A stretch of DNA of 64,000 bases from Anthoceros angustus (taxonomy: Eukaryota > Plantae > Anthocerotophyta), in assembly GCA_010909165.1 (NCBI GenBank), contig MU008223.1:1-64000 (forward strand). Reading direction: 5' to 3'. The position numbers and the translations under genes are program-made. The notes beneath the pieces were generated by a model, which saw only the letters and a program-made list of their open reading frames with translations, was not told where the DNA came from and searched no databases. Every line of letters starts with the position of its first letter. Position 1 is the stretch's first letter. Positions 1-11,244 of this stretch are shown here, piece by piece.

Positions 1-396
1 GGCCAATTTGAACGCATAATTCAACTACACGAACCGTCGGTCGAGAGGTCCTTTTACATGATCGTTTTACTCTGTTTTCATTCCACCGTCATAAGTAGTT
101 GTGACATTTGTGCCATGTGCATTAGGGTATTATGCTTTCATTTCAAAGTTTGCTTATGAAACCCGTCCTCTATTAGATACACACATATGAAGTAGGGACA
201 TACGATCATAGGTATATGATTGTTAACATATAGCCCTACACATACAATTATGATATGCATCGTTTCTCTGCTTTTGAATTCGATAGACTCCACCAATCAA
301 GCTTGCCATTCACGAAGGCAAATTCTGGCTCTGATCGTGCGATGTTCGACTTGCAATCGGCACGGATATAAATGCATGACACATATAACAGGCATG

Positions 397-700
397 GTGG
401 GAGAATCGGGCACTCCCAGTCCTCCCTATAGCGGCCACACTTATCACTGTCGCCCGTGCGTTGGGTTTCGTCCCATGAGACTTGTGTGAAAGTTCGAGGT
501 CTTGTGATGCCCAATCGCTACTGCGATGACACACTTCTCCTTCTAAACAAGCAAGGCGCCCTACTCTCCCTCTCACGGGTGCACCAGCTTGCTTGCCAAC
601 CTCGACCCAGCGACACAACTTGGAAGTTGAGTCGTGAGATGACTAAGCGGCGCCCGCGTGGGCCTTGAGTGGAGGTCGGGCATGCAGCAGTCGGGCCGTA
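397..700 (+). mobile_element. Terminal region of a repeat family beginning (T)GTGGGAG (probable LTR end of an unclassified, Gypsy-like retroelement)
   Basis: Carries the conserved block GTGGGAG...GGCCACACTTAT...TTTCGTCCCATGAGACTTGTGTG...ACAAGCAAGGCGCCCT. The block recurs at 38497 (+) and inverted ending at about 5490, 25766, 26782 (partial) and 46257. Flanks diverge at the GTGGGAG end. Confidence 0.55.
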
Positions 701-1304
701 GCCTTGCAGGTTATAAGGTATTCACGCCCGCCCATGCGGCGTAGGCAATGGCGCGTGTAAGGCGAGTGGCGGAGTGGCGTAAGGTCGAGTAAGCCATGCG
801 GACCTCGCGATTACAGACGAGGAAGAGGCACCTTCCCCAGTATTACTTCCAACGACGAGGAGGGAGGTCTCGCAACCTCAAGACAATTCTAAGTCTCTTG
901 CGCTCAACCCGGCTCTGGCGCTATCTCTTTGAACGCTCGAGGCATCTTCGCGTGGCTCACGTTGGGGTTGGAGCGTGAGCGGCGAAGAGGCGCGTACAAG
1001 CGGTCTCGGCAGCGGCTCGGCGAAGGGAGAAGAAGGCGATGGCATCCAAAAAATGGAGGTCTAGGAGCCATGGAACTGGTAGAGCGCAACATTGTGACCG
1101 GCTATCCGGACTTTGGGCCACAGGAGAGGCGGGAGGATTAAGTCGAGGAGTGGCACTTAGGCGTGTTCCAGTCATGCGGACGCGTTTGACGTGTCACTCC
1201 GGTCCGGGGTTCGCCGGAAGATGTTGGCGGCCAACAGGAGGTTGATCCAAGAACCTCCGGGAGGATCCTAGGCGATGGACCTTGGAGGTCCTGAGGGCGG
1301 CCTA

Positions 1305-1327
1305 CCCTAAACCCTAAACCCTAAACC
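1305..1327 (+). repeat. Interstitial plant-type telomeric repeat (CCCTAAA)3
   Basis: Three perfect CCCTAAA units (1305-1325) plus CC. Confidence 0.85.
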
Positions 1328-1649
1328 TTCTTCCTGCCCTCCATCGGCGTCGTCACTCCATCTGAACCCGGCGGCCTCCACTCTCCGCATACAAAGGGTG
1401 ACCCTACATAGGTAATACATGTATGTTAAGGTAGTACGTTGGGTGATAAGGGTGACCCTACATAGGTAGAGACGGTCCCCATCTTATGTGGGTGGGTAGG
1501 ACAATGCGTGTCTCTACCCATCTAGGGTGTTAACAAATGAGGGACGAGGAGATGTAGGTAGTATGTAGGGCGCCCGGGTCACCCCACATAGCATGTAGGG
1601 CGTGAGCAAGGGCTCCCCATTTAGGGTAGTTAGGTAGGTGAATGGGTAG

Positions 1650-1885
1650 GATGAGAGTGTCTCCCCTCGTAGGGGAGTGGTGAGGTCTCCCTACCGTGAG
1701 TGGTGAGGTCTCCCTACACCGCGGGAGTGGTGAGGTCTCCCTACGCAGGAGTGGTGAGGTCTCCCCGGGGTGAGTGAGTGAGGTCTCCCTCGCGAGGGAG
1801 TGGTGAGTCTCCCTACATGCAGGAGTGGTGAGGTCTCCCAACCGCGAGTGGTGAGTCTCCCCTCACCAGGGAGTGGTGAGGCCTC
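1650..1885. repeat. ~26-bp tandem minisatellite (GGGAGTGGTGAGGTCTCCCTACCGTA-like), about 9 units
   Basis: Repeated GAGTGGTGAGGTCTCCC core with short variable linkers. The same array occurs at 22915-23055, 60610-60670, 61190-61250 and 61780-61875. Confidence 0.9.
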
Positions 1886-2879
1886 CTCGTGCGGCGGAGG
1901 TGGGGTGCGACACCCTTCATGGGCACCTTGGGCAGCATGCTCCTCCAAGAAAAGGCGACCTCATGTACCGTGTACCACCGTGCACGCATGCTCGGCGAAA
2001 TCGCTTGCCAATGGCGAGAGAAGGACAGCCGCCCACAACCGTCGGGGTTCTCCCACAATGTTGCGTCCATATCGGGGCCCCCATCGCTACGACTTGGGGT
2101 CCAAGCAATGACAGCTTCACACATGCGCCATATCTTGCTCGCACCAAGTTCCCAAGCAAGTGCACAACAAATTGTAGATTTTTCTTTGCAACTTGGAACT
2201 CAACGAGTTCAATGATATTGGACTAATACAAAACCCTACATATATAGCTTGAGACTAAAATTGACGAAACAAAGAACATGATAATCCTAGAAGGGGATTA
2301 ATATACGAACCCCTTCCACACTTTCAAAACCCCTTCACAAAAGACATCGTTCGGAAATGCATTATGGCAAATCCACGCTTAATCGCACCATGCTAAAACC
2401 CTTTTTCTTGAAAACTACAGATTCAAAAATCCATGAAACAAAAGGTCTTTGTTGGCGCGTCGGGCCATCCGAAACTTCCTTGCCTACGCCTATGGTTTCT
2501 AAGTCTTGAAAGGAAATCATGATCTCACAGCTTCAAAAACCTCTTGTCCTCCAAAAGTCTTCCTCTACAAAGATCCTTCACGGACGATCTCATCGCTTGG
2601 GTGGCTTCAATCTAATCATAGGTTGCGCATGCATTCCAATTCTCTGCGTCGGCTATCATTTTCTGCAAAAGTCTTCGTCTTCATCTTCTTCGTTGTCTCT
2701 TTCCTCCTTGTCACCACCACTCGCAGATCGCCGTCTGTCGTGGTTGTTGGTCCTTCCTCCAAGTCCCCTCGTTTGCTTTCATCCTCCTTGCACCAAGTAG
2801 AACAACTTTGAGCCCTCAAACAATTTTTCACTCATACAAACCTCTTTGGCCTTAATCGCTCCTCTCTCGGTGGGCGTCG

Positions 2880-5205
2880 AATGTGAGCTCCTCTTTCGTG
2901 CAAAACCTCAAACCTTTCTTCGAGGTTAACATCGCCTGCTCAAGGCCCATGGATTCTCGCTCGGCTCCTTCTGCATTTACACCGCTTCTTCCGACCGTGA
3001 CCTTATGACTGAGTTTTTCACTCGCCCTTGTTTTCCCGACTCTAGTCTTCTACCTTCGCCCCTCCTTGCCTCTTCACCTCAAGCAACATCCATCCCTATA
3101 GTTCCTACTCGAGAGGGGAAGATGAATGTGCCATTGTTAATCCTTATGAAAACAGAGAAGACTTTGGTGCTCTTAATCCACAAGACCCGAGACGTTCGCT
3201 CCACCTTCTGTAATACTTGATCCACCGAAGATATCCTTCGCCATCGTCAACCGAGACACCTTTGGAATGAGATCCCTTTGATTTAGAGTTCAATCAAGGC
3301 TACACCACCACCGCCGCAGTCATTTCAACGCTTCAATGTTGCCCCTTCAGAGGGAGATCCTCTCACTCTTCAAGAGGCATATTCGCGACCGATGCATTTA
3401 AGTGGAAGTTCGCTATTGATGATGAATATAATTCTCTTATCAAAAACAATACTTGGACTCTAGTAAACTTGCAAAAGGCGTAACCATCCAAATGCAAGTG
3501 GGTTCTCAAAACTAAATTCCGGAGGTTGAACCTCGATTCTATAAGGCGAGACTAGTGGCTAAGGGTTATAGTCAAAGAGGGAGTGGACTATCGAGGCGAT
3601 AAGGTTTATTCACATGTAGTCAAGGTCGCCTGAGAATGCTCGGCTTTATGTGCCGAGCTTAACTGAAATTTATCACTTGATGTTTGTACTTTCCTTTATG
3701 GTCATCCGCAAGAAGAGATCTATATGGATCAACCAAGACTATGAAGATGAGCAATACCCAAACAAGGTGTGTAAACTTATTCGCTTCTATTTACTAAAGC
3801 AAAGCCCACGCTTATGGTATGAGAGAATGGACTCTTACCTCAAGAAGATAGGTTTTATCCAAAGTGAAGCAGACACCAATATCTATGTACTCAAGGATGT
3901 TTGTTGGTTGCACTATATGTTGATGACTTAGTTATTCTGGCAACAATATTGAACTAGTTAACAAGATTAAAGTCGACCTTAGTAAAGAATTCGAGATGAA
4001 GGATCTCGGCAAAGTTAAATATATTCTTGGTATGCATGTACATAGAGATACCATGGTGCTATCTATCTCCATCAAGGAAGATATGTGGTATGTTAAAACG
4101 CTTCAATTTGGAGAATGCGCGGCGGCCACACCGGAGTAGGTGTAAGCTTTCATCCGCCACCGCCCACAATCGAGGAAAAGAAAGAGATGGAAAATATTCC
4201 TTATCGTATGGGAGTTGGTACTCTCATGTTCTTGAGTAATGCACTGAATCTCAACATCAGAAATGCTATTGCTCGCCTCGAGAATCCAGAAAGGATCACT
4301 GGGTTGCTCTCAAGCATCATGCGACCTCAAGGGTACTCCAAATTATGGCCTGCTTCAAGCCTAGCGGAAAGAAGCATCCGCCATCGACATGCTTTGTCGA
4401 TGCAGATTGGGCTTCGACACGACACCGAAAAGTATCTCAAAGATATTGCTTTCTTGTCGGCTCCATCACAGTTAATTGGTCTTGTAGAAACAAGCGCAAT
4501 ATCACTTTCAATGTAATCGAGTACAAAGCACTCAAGCCACGAAGAGGCCGAATGGGAAAGAAAGCTATGTGAAGATTTGGATATGAAGGTGAAGGGCCAA
4601 TAAAGGCTTAATTGTGACAATATGTCGCCATTGCTCTTGTCGCTAATCCGTCTTTCATGCACGAAGCATATTGAGATTCAACACCATTATATTCGACGCT
4701 GAGAGAGGAATTGTTAAGTATGTACCCACGATGACAATACAAAGATATATCAAAATCCTTGCCAAGTTCAAACACCGCCCACAGAGAAGGGCTTGGATTG
4801 TTGATCAGCAGCTTTTGCACTGGACCAATCACACATTTGGTGAGGCGATCTTATCTCGAACGGCCATTTGAAGTTGATCTATTGTAGACCGCTTGCTTCA
4901 ATCTTACTTATGACGGTGACGATCGGTGAGTTGAGTTTAGTTGAAGACCGTAGTACTTATACAATACTCCAAATGCAAATGATTATTAGTTCTTTGATTT
5001 AGATAACCCAACTAGTCCGAGAGGGAGAGTTAGAAGTACATCTGCTGGTTATGGTTAGCTTAGCTAAACCGTGGTCATACCCTTTGGTATCTAAAATCAA
5101 GAGGTACAACTCTTCATACATGTGCTATAAAAGCCCACTTGTAATCAATTGTATCAATTAGTAAGCACTAAACTTTGATCAAACGCCCGCAAAGCACCTC
5201 AAACT
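2880..5205 (+). mobile_element. 5'-truncated Ty1/copia remnant (RT + RNase H, PPT, 3' LTR)
   Basis: Frameshifted RT/RNase H peptides (LKQSPRLWYERMDSYL, IPYRMGVGTLMFL, FVDADWAS, NWSCR). PPT GAGAGGGAG precedes LTR 5028-5205. Cleaner copy at 43560-45970. Confidence 0.9.
5028..5205 (+). repeat. Copia 3' LTR with AG...CT termini
   Basis: AGTTAGAAG...GCACCTCAAACT directly after the PPT. Same LTR at 45795-45970 (+), 18876-19066 (-) and 57719-57908 (-). Flanks diverge exactly after AAACT between the + and - insertions. Confidence 0.85.
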
Positions 5206-5490
5206 CCGGGCGCCGTGGACTCCTTCCACCGAGGCATGGCCTACATTGTGTTGTGTCGCTGTAGGCCTGGAGTTGGTGAATTTTGGAAGGCAAGTGCAGC
5301 AACAGAGAGGGAGAGTTAGAGGCGCCTTGCTTGTTGAGGGGGTGAGTGTGAATGGGTGAAGGCAACGATTGATCTCTTAGAATCCGGCTATCCACACAAG
5401 TCTCATGGGAGAAACCCAACGCATCGAGCGATAAAGGAATAAGTGTGGCCACTAGAGGGTGAATCTCAAGCCCTAGGATTTTCCTCCACG
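5206..5490 (-). mobile_element. Terminal ~285 bp of the GTGGGAG-family element, interrupted by the copia LTR
   Basis: Reverse complement aligns to about 38497-38790. Duplicate at 45971-46257. Confidence 0.7.
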
Positions 5491-6082
5491 TAATCATCAC
5501 TTGCTCAAAGTATCTCTAGCATTAAGCGTATAACAAAAGTACAAGTGTTTATAAAGTCTAGGTAGTTACTGGTAGTTGTAACCAAAATAACCAATTAGCT
5601 AAAAATGAGTGACTACTTCTAGCCCCAAGATTTAATTAAATATTAATCTAGACACTTCTAGGTGCCCTAATAAATAGTGTCCAAATTATCTTAATATTTC
5701 ATCAAATTCGGATGTTGAAGTCCATGATCGAGATTTGAGAAACCGCTATCGAGAATTACACCTTCGGACAACTATATATGTAACATAATCGATTGAATAA
5801 TTAGAGCATTCGCAAGCAAAGCTCTATTTAGGGTTTTGTTTGCATCACCGCACCGAATCGCAGCACATTTGAGGGCATGCTGAGGGCACGGCATGGGGTG
5901 AGCGCAACTTCCTAGCACTTGCTGGTTTAGGAACAGGACTTGCACACGAAGGCCTCGATCACGAGGTCTTCGCCAAGGCAACCCACAAGCGGGCAACATT
6001 GCAGCGCACCAAGCTCGGGTTCGAGCATCAATGTTCCAAGAAGGTATGCGCCTTTCAACGCCACCTCACATGGAGCATGTCG

Positions 6083-6180
6083 GTTTTGAAACCCCTGGGT
6101 TTTGAAACCTGACATGTTTTGAAACGAGATACGGTTTCAAAACCCTTTCAAGTTTTGAAACCGAGATATGGTTTTGAAAT
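6083..6180. repeat. Array of six 10-bp GTTTTGAAAC/GTTTCAAAAC motifs in both orientations
   Basis: Units start at 6083, 6099, 6116, 6134 (inverted), 6152 and 6171, spaced 16-19 bp. An expanded version lies at about 46856-47000. Confidence 0.8.
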
Positions 6181-9057
6181 GGCGTACACTCTTGTTGTAA
6201 TCAGCCTTTTGCCTGGTTTACGATTTTGTAATCGCCTTATGCCCTCATCCTTGTTTGCTTTATGCCCACCATGGCACGCCTCCCAACAGGAAGAAAGTTT
6301 GGTTTGAAGCGGCTTTTGGGGTCGCACAAAATCGAACAATCCCACGCTCATCCCGACGTGACCGAAAGGAAGTTGAGGAAAAGCGTGAAGGCCACCAAGT
6401 CCAAAGAGCATCCGAACCAATCCTTAGTGCCTCAAGACCAGACGATTGTGCAAAGGTGCAGCAAAATCTTTGTGGCTTCCTCCGATGGCATGCAAATAAG
6501 GACTTATGAGGATGCATGTTGGTTGTCCTCTATGGTTGCATCCGCGAGACTTCATGCCGTGCTATGAATGGTGCCGCTTATCGTCGCCCGGTGCTTGAAT
6601 TGTCCGAGTTCGTGGCATCTTCACTCTAATGATCCGTGTAGCAACAAAGATTTCGTGGCAGCTCTGCTTTGTTTGGTTGTTTCGGATGCCCGCTTTTACT
6701 TTTACATTTTCCTCCTCCGCCCTCCGCTTTGTTAATTAGTAATTCTCGCACCTAACCTAGTGCCTTGCCTGCGGGTGACTAAGAACATGGAGATTTTGCC
6801 TCAGTGCATGGTTGGAGGCACACGAGCAAGGACGTTTTGGTTGTCTCGATCCCAGAGAAGTAGGCAAGGTTGGCAAGAGGAAGCGCAACGACGAGCAAGC
6901 CAAGACCCGCCTCGCCTGACGCCCAACCGCGGATCCGATTCCAGCAAGCGAGGAGGAGGAGATCGTGTCCTCGCGAGAGTGCTAAATGCAAGAAGGCCTC
7001 AAGTCCACCTCCGCCCTCGTGGAGGAAGACCCACGAGGCCTAGTGGAGGCGTGGCTATCGATAAGTCGATCGATCAACACGATGCTAGAGGGAAATCTGA
7101 GGAGGAACAATGGTCGGAGGCAAGCCTTCTATAAGTGCGCAGAAATTGCGTGCCAAAGGCAGGAGGTGGACCCAAACCACAAGCTAAGGCTGGGAGCTCT
7201 CACTCAAAAGCAAAGCATCGACGTCAAGCTTCAATTGAGCGCTCCAACAATTTCAAAGATTACCTCACGCTGAGTGCCTCGTGGCCCCTTCAATCGCAAG
7301 CAAAGTGTAATTGTGAAGAAACCGAGAGAGGTTGTCCACTCCAAGGTTCTTTTGGAGAATGAGTGGCATATTGTTATGCCCACCACCGGATGATGAAGAT
7401 AAGCCTTCCTCTCGTGGCGCTTTGGGTGAGTGGATTGGAGGTTGCAAATGCCAATCAAGCATTGAGGGCAGTTGATAATCTGGGCTTGGCTCCACAATTG
7501 AGGCGATATTACAATGGAGATCCTGCGTAGTGAGGCCGGGGATCGCTTTGTGTGACTCCAAAGACGACTATAGGATGCTCGTTTGACCCTAGATAAAGTG
7601 GAAGCACGTTGCCTCGCCATGATGTGAAGATCAAGCTCAAGGCCGCCCAAAGACGTGGAGGATGTGAGTCCTAACCACTTTTATTTTCATGCTTGTTTCT
7701 TAGACTTTAAAAGGAGGGTGCACTGCTACCACGCACCAGTGCGCGCCCGCCTACCATCGCACCAGGTAGGCACCACAGCACGTGCACACCCTCTTTTATT
7801 TCTAAATTGTTCATCGCTTTGAGGAGGGTGCACTGCCCATGGCGCACCTACGCCAACCCGCCAAAGACACCCTACCTATGGGTTTATGGGCTTCACCGGA
7901 GTCGGACAATGAGGGTGTGCCGTGAGGCCTACGCACCATCGTTATTTTCTTAGTTATCCTTTGGTTTTTGTAGGGTGGGCTAGCCATCAAGAGGGTGCGC
8001 AGTGTACCAGCGACCCCTCCTTGTTTCTCTTTACATCTTGGGATTTGTTTATGGTGAGCGTTACTAATGAGTATAGCTTCTAGTTTTGTTCCTAACTTTC
8101 ATGTTTCATTCATACCAATGGGGAGGTTTTCTATAGCATAATCCTACGTTCATCGTGGATGGAATCAATGACAGCCCACTTTTGAAGGATGAGGGACAAG
8201 GCATCCAAAGAAAGTCTCTTTTGGACACCATGTCGAAGCTCGCTTCTTCCGGGGCCAGGGAAGCGGGTGAATTTTTCGCATCACCGGTGAAGGAAGAGTT
8301 TCTGGCGTTGTGTGGATTGTGGGAGAGAGCATCGTGGAGCGAGAGCGCACGAGGCACGAGGGGCAAAGGTAGTTATCGTATTATCAAAGAAAAATGAAAA
8401 GAGTATATATGAGTATTTCAAAAAGTAGTTATAATCGATTATGAAACTACTAATTCAACATAATTTCTTACTCCTCTTAGTTGAAATAATCGTGGTAAGA
8501 GAAATGAAAAGGTTAATGTAAACCATAACACTAAAACCCAAACATACAACTATCTCCTCTTAAGCTCCAAAAGAGGGTAAGGCCTTAGTGTTAGTTGAGC
8601 ACGCACATTAGCACAAACTTTGTGGCTTCATCCACCGCTGATCAATATACCAAATATATTAATGCAAGTGCCAATCTTGGCCACCGCTGCAATGAGCTTG
8701 AGACCACAATAAGAATGCTTGGCATGCGAATTTCGAGGTAGGGCCTTGGTTAGCAAATCAATATTCTCACTTGTTGGAATATAACGAACTTCCACTCGCC
8801 TCAAAAGAACGATCCAAATTACTTCTCGCCGCCAGACAAAGCTCCATATTCGCCTCAGATGATAAGCAAATTGTGGCCAACTTTACTTGACCAGAAACCA
8901 GATCCACCAAGTATATTGCAATATGTCGCAACACTCTTCCTACTATCCGGTCTCCGCCCAATCAAGATCTGTAATGAAGTAAGCATTAAACCAAAGAAAG
9001 GTTGTAGAGTAAGTAAGTCCAAACCTAGGGGTGCCTTGAGATACCTAAAAATCCTCT

Positions 9058-9576
9058 TCACTTGTCCAATGAACTTCCCGGATTTTCTAAAAATTGAGAA
9101 ACACTACTAAGCTGGCTATATCTAAACGTCCATTTGCAAAGATAAATGAGGCTACCTACTGACTTGCCTATAAGGGCGAGCTGCCATAATATCAGCTTGC
9201 GTGAAGGACACCGCTCTTGATAATTTATCTCCGTGGACATAGGTGTGGCAATGACGGCATCCGCCATATTGAAACGCAAAAGTTGATTCACAAAATGTTC
9301 CTGATGTATCTCGATAGTATGCCTATCCTCAGAGAAGTGAAACTGAACGCCAAGTGAAAAGCTGAGCTGGCCCAAGTCGAACATGTCAAAGCGAGAAAGC
9401 AAAACACTCTTGATTCGGGCCATCAGTGCAGTAGAGGTACAAAACAAGAAGTTGTCATCAACATAAACTGTTAAAATAAGGAAATCTGCGCCGTCCCATA
9501 AGATATAAACACTGCTGTCAGCATCAAGGCATGTAAATCCAAGCTCAATGAGTAAGGCATGGAAAGTTTCATTCAA
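9058..9576 (-). CDS. Copia reverse transcriptase (RVT_2) fragment
   Basis: ORF contains DSSVY, ILTVYVDD and FDMFDLGQLSFSLG. Confidence 0.9.
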   Translation of the reverse strand: MNETFHALLIELGFTCLDADSSVYILWDGADFLILTVYVDDNFLFCTSTALMARIKSVLLSRFDMFDLGQLSFSLGVQFHFSEDRHTIEIHQEHFVNQLLRFNMADAVIATPMSTEINYQERCPSRKLILWQLALIGKSVGSLIYLCKWTFRYSQLSSVSQFLENPGSSLDK

Positions 9577-10274
9577 GCCCTGCTTGATTGTTTCAAGCCA
9601 TACAAAGTCTTTAGCGTGACAAACTTTGTTAACATCTTCTACAAAACCTTCTGGGACATATATATTTCTTCCTCTAAGGACCCATTTAAAAGGCCTTCAC
9701 ATCCAAATTGATGTACATAAAGACCATAATGGGCAGCCAAGGAGAGCAATATTCTAATTGACGTGGATTTAACAATCGGGAAAAGTTTCATTGTAATCTA
9801 GCCACGCAACGACTATAACCTTTGGCAACTAACCTGGCCTTATAACGTCCAACACCACCGGTGTTCAACTTCTTCTTGAAAACCCATTTGCAAGCAACAG
9901 CTTGCGACCCTTGGTAAATCAACTAATTTCCAGGTTTTGTTGGCTATAAGGAATCATACTCGACTTGATAGCCTTTTGCCAATGTTCAGGGACCGAAATG
10001 GCTTCCTTATAAGTGGTGTTCGTATCAAAATTCTTAGATGATGGAGAAAGTGAAACTAGAAACTACAAAAGGTGGCTCGGACCATTCACTACGAGGTGGT
10101 CTATAGCGTGTAGATCTCATAAACCGCTCGTGTAGGCTCAATCGGATCGGTGTGGGCTCGATTAGACGAAGAGGTCGATCAAAAAGAAACAACAACAGGA
10201 TCAACTTCAAGGATTCATCAAAGGAGGGAACCGCCAAGGACTCATCCGATGGAGAAGGGTCGTCTGGAGAAGCA

Positions 10275-11244
10275 CTAGGAAGATGAGCTTGTGCATGTGA
10301 ACTGGATGTTGTAGCCCCCAAGAGGAAGGTGAAGCTGAAACATCATCAATATCAAAATAGAAACATCAGCATCAGTATTGTAATCGCCTAGATCATCCAC
10401 TCCATGGATAGAAACAGTAGAATCAAAGGAAGCAGGATCCAAAGCAGTTTCATGACGTCGGAGAAGAGCATTCTCATGAAAAACAACACTCCGAGAAATG
10501 GAAACTTGCCGAGTACGTGGATCGAAAAGCTTATATCCCTTTACCTCGTCTGAATAACCAATAAAAATGCGGCGAACAGCTTTAGGATCAAGCTTACTCC
10601 GAAGTGCAGAAGGGATCAAAGCATATGCTGGTGCTCCAAAAATACGTAGGTGAGTGATCCGTGGCTTCTTCCCAGTCCATCGCTCATAAGGGGTAACCAA
10701 ACCAAGCTCCTTTGTAGGCAACCTGTTCTGCACATAATTAGCATATAAGGGCTTGAGATCCCTAGTGAGACCGGCAAAGGCTAAACTAGAAAGAGTAGCC
10801 TCTTGAAGTGTCCTTTTCTTGCGTTCAAGAAAAGCATTTTGAGCTGAGTATAAGGAACGTAAACCGATGAAGAACTCCCTCTCCAGCACAAAATTCGGTG
10901 AAGGCATTACTGGTATATTCGCCTCCGTTGTCAGTCCTAAGAATCTTCAGCTGATGGCCTGTCTGACGCTGAGCAGAAGCTAAATACGTCTGAAAACATG
11001 ACAGGGCTTCACTCTTGTGGGCAAGAACAAACACTGTAGAATAGCGGCTCCATTCATCAATGAAAGTGATAAAATAAGATGCTCCACCAAATGACATGGT
11101 CGACATGGGGCCACAGATGTCACTATGAACAGTGTGAAGAAGACAAGGAGCTCTTGACAAGTTCTGGTCTTTGAAAGGCTGTGAAATTGCCTTGCTCAAT
11201 TGACAAGAGTCACAAAAAGCTCTATTATCAAAAGAGAAAGACAA
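10275..11244 (-). CDS. Copia integrase core and C-terminal region (two frameshifted ORFs)
   Basis: CDSCQLSK, VHSDICGPM, YFITFIDEWSR, ILRTDNGGEY, NRLPT, KLDPKA..IFIGYS..KGYKLFDP. Confidence 0.92.

Noticed and set aside
1650-1885. CRISPR-like repeat/spacer appearance
   Set aside because: The linkers are only about 7-9 bp and are variants of one sequence. There are no cas genes and the context is eukaryotic. This is a minisatellite.
5448-5460. CCACTAGAGGG resembles a CTCF motif
   Set aside because: CTCF is an animal protein. The motif is simply part of a conserved repeat terminus in plant DNA.
5491-5704. AT-rich segment ending TTTCATCA, possibly another LTR 3' end
   Set aside because: No PBS, PPT, second independent copy or TSD to define it.
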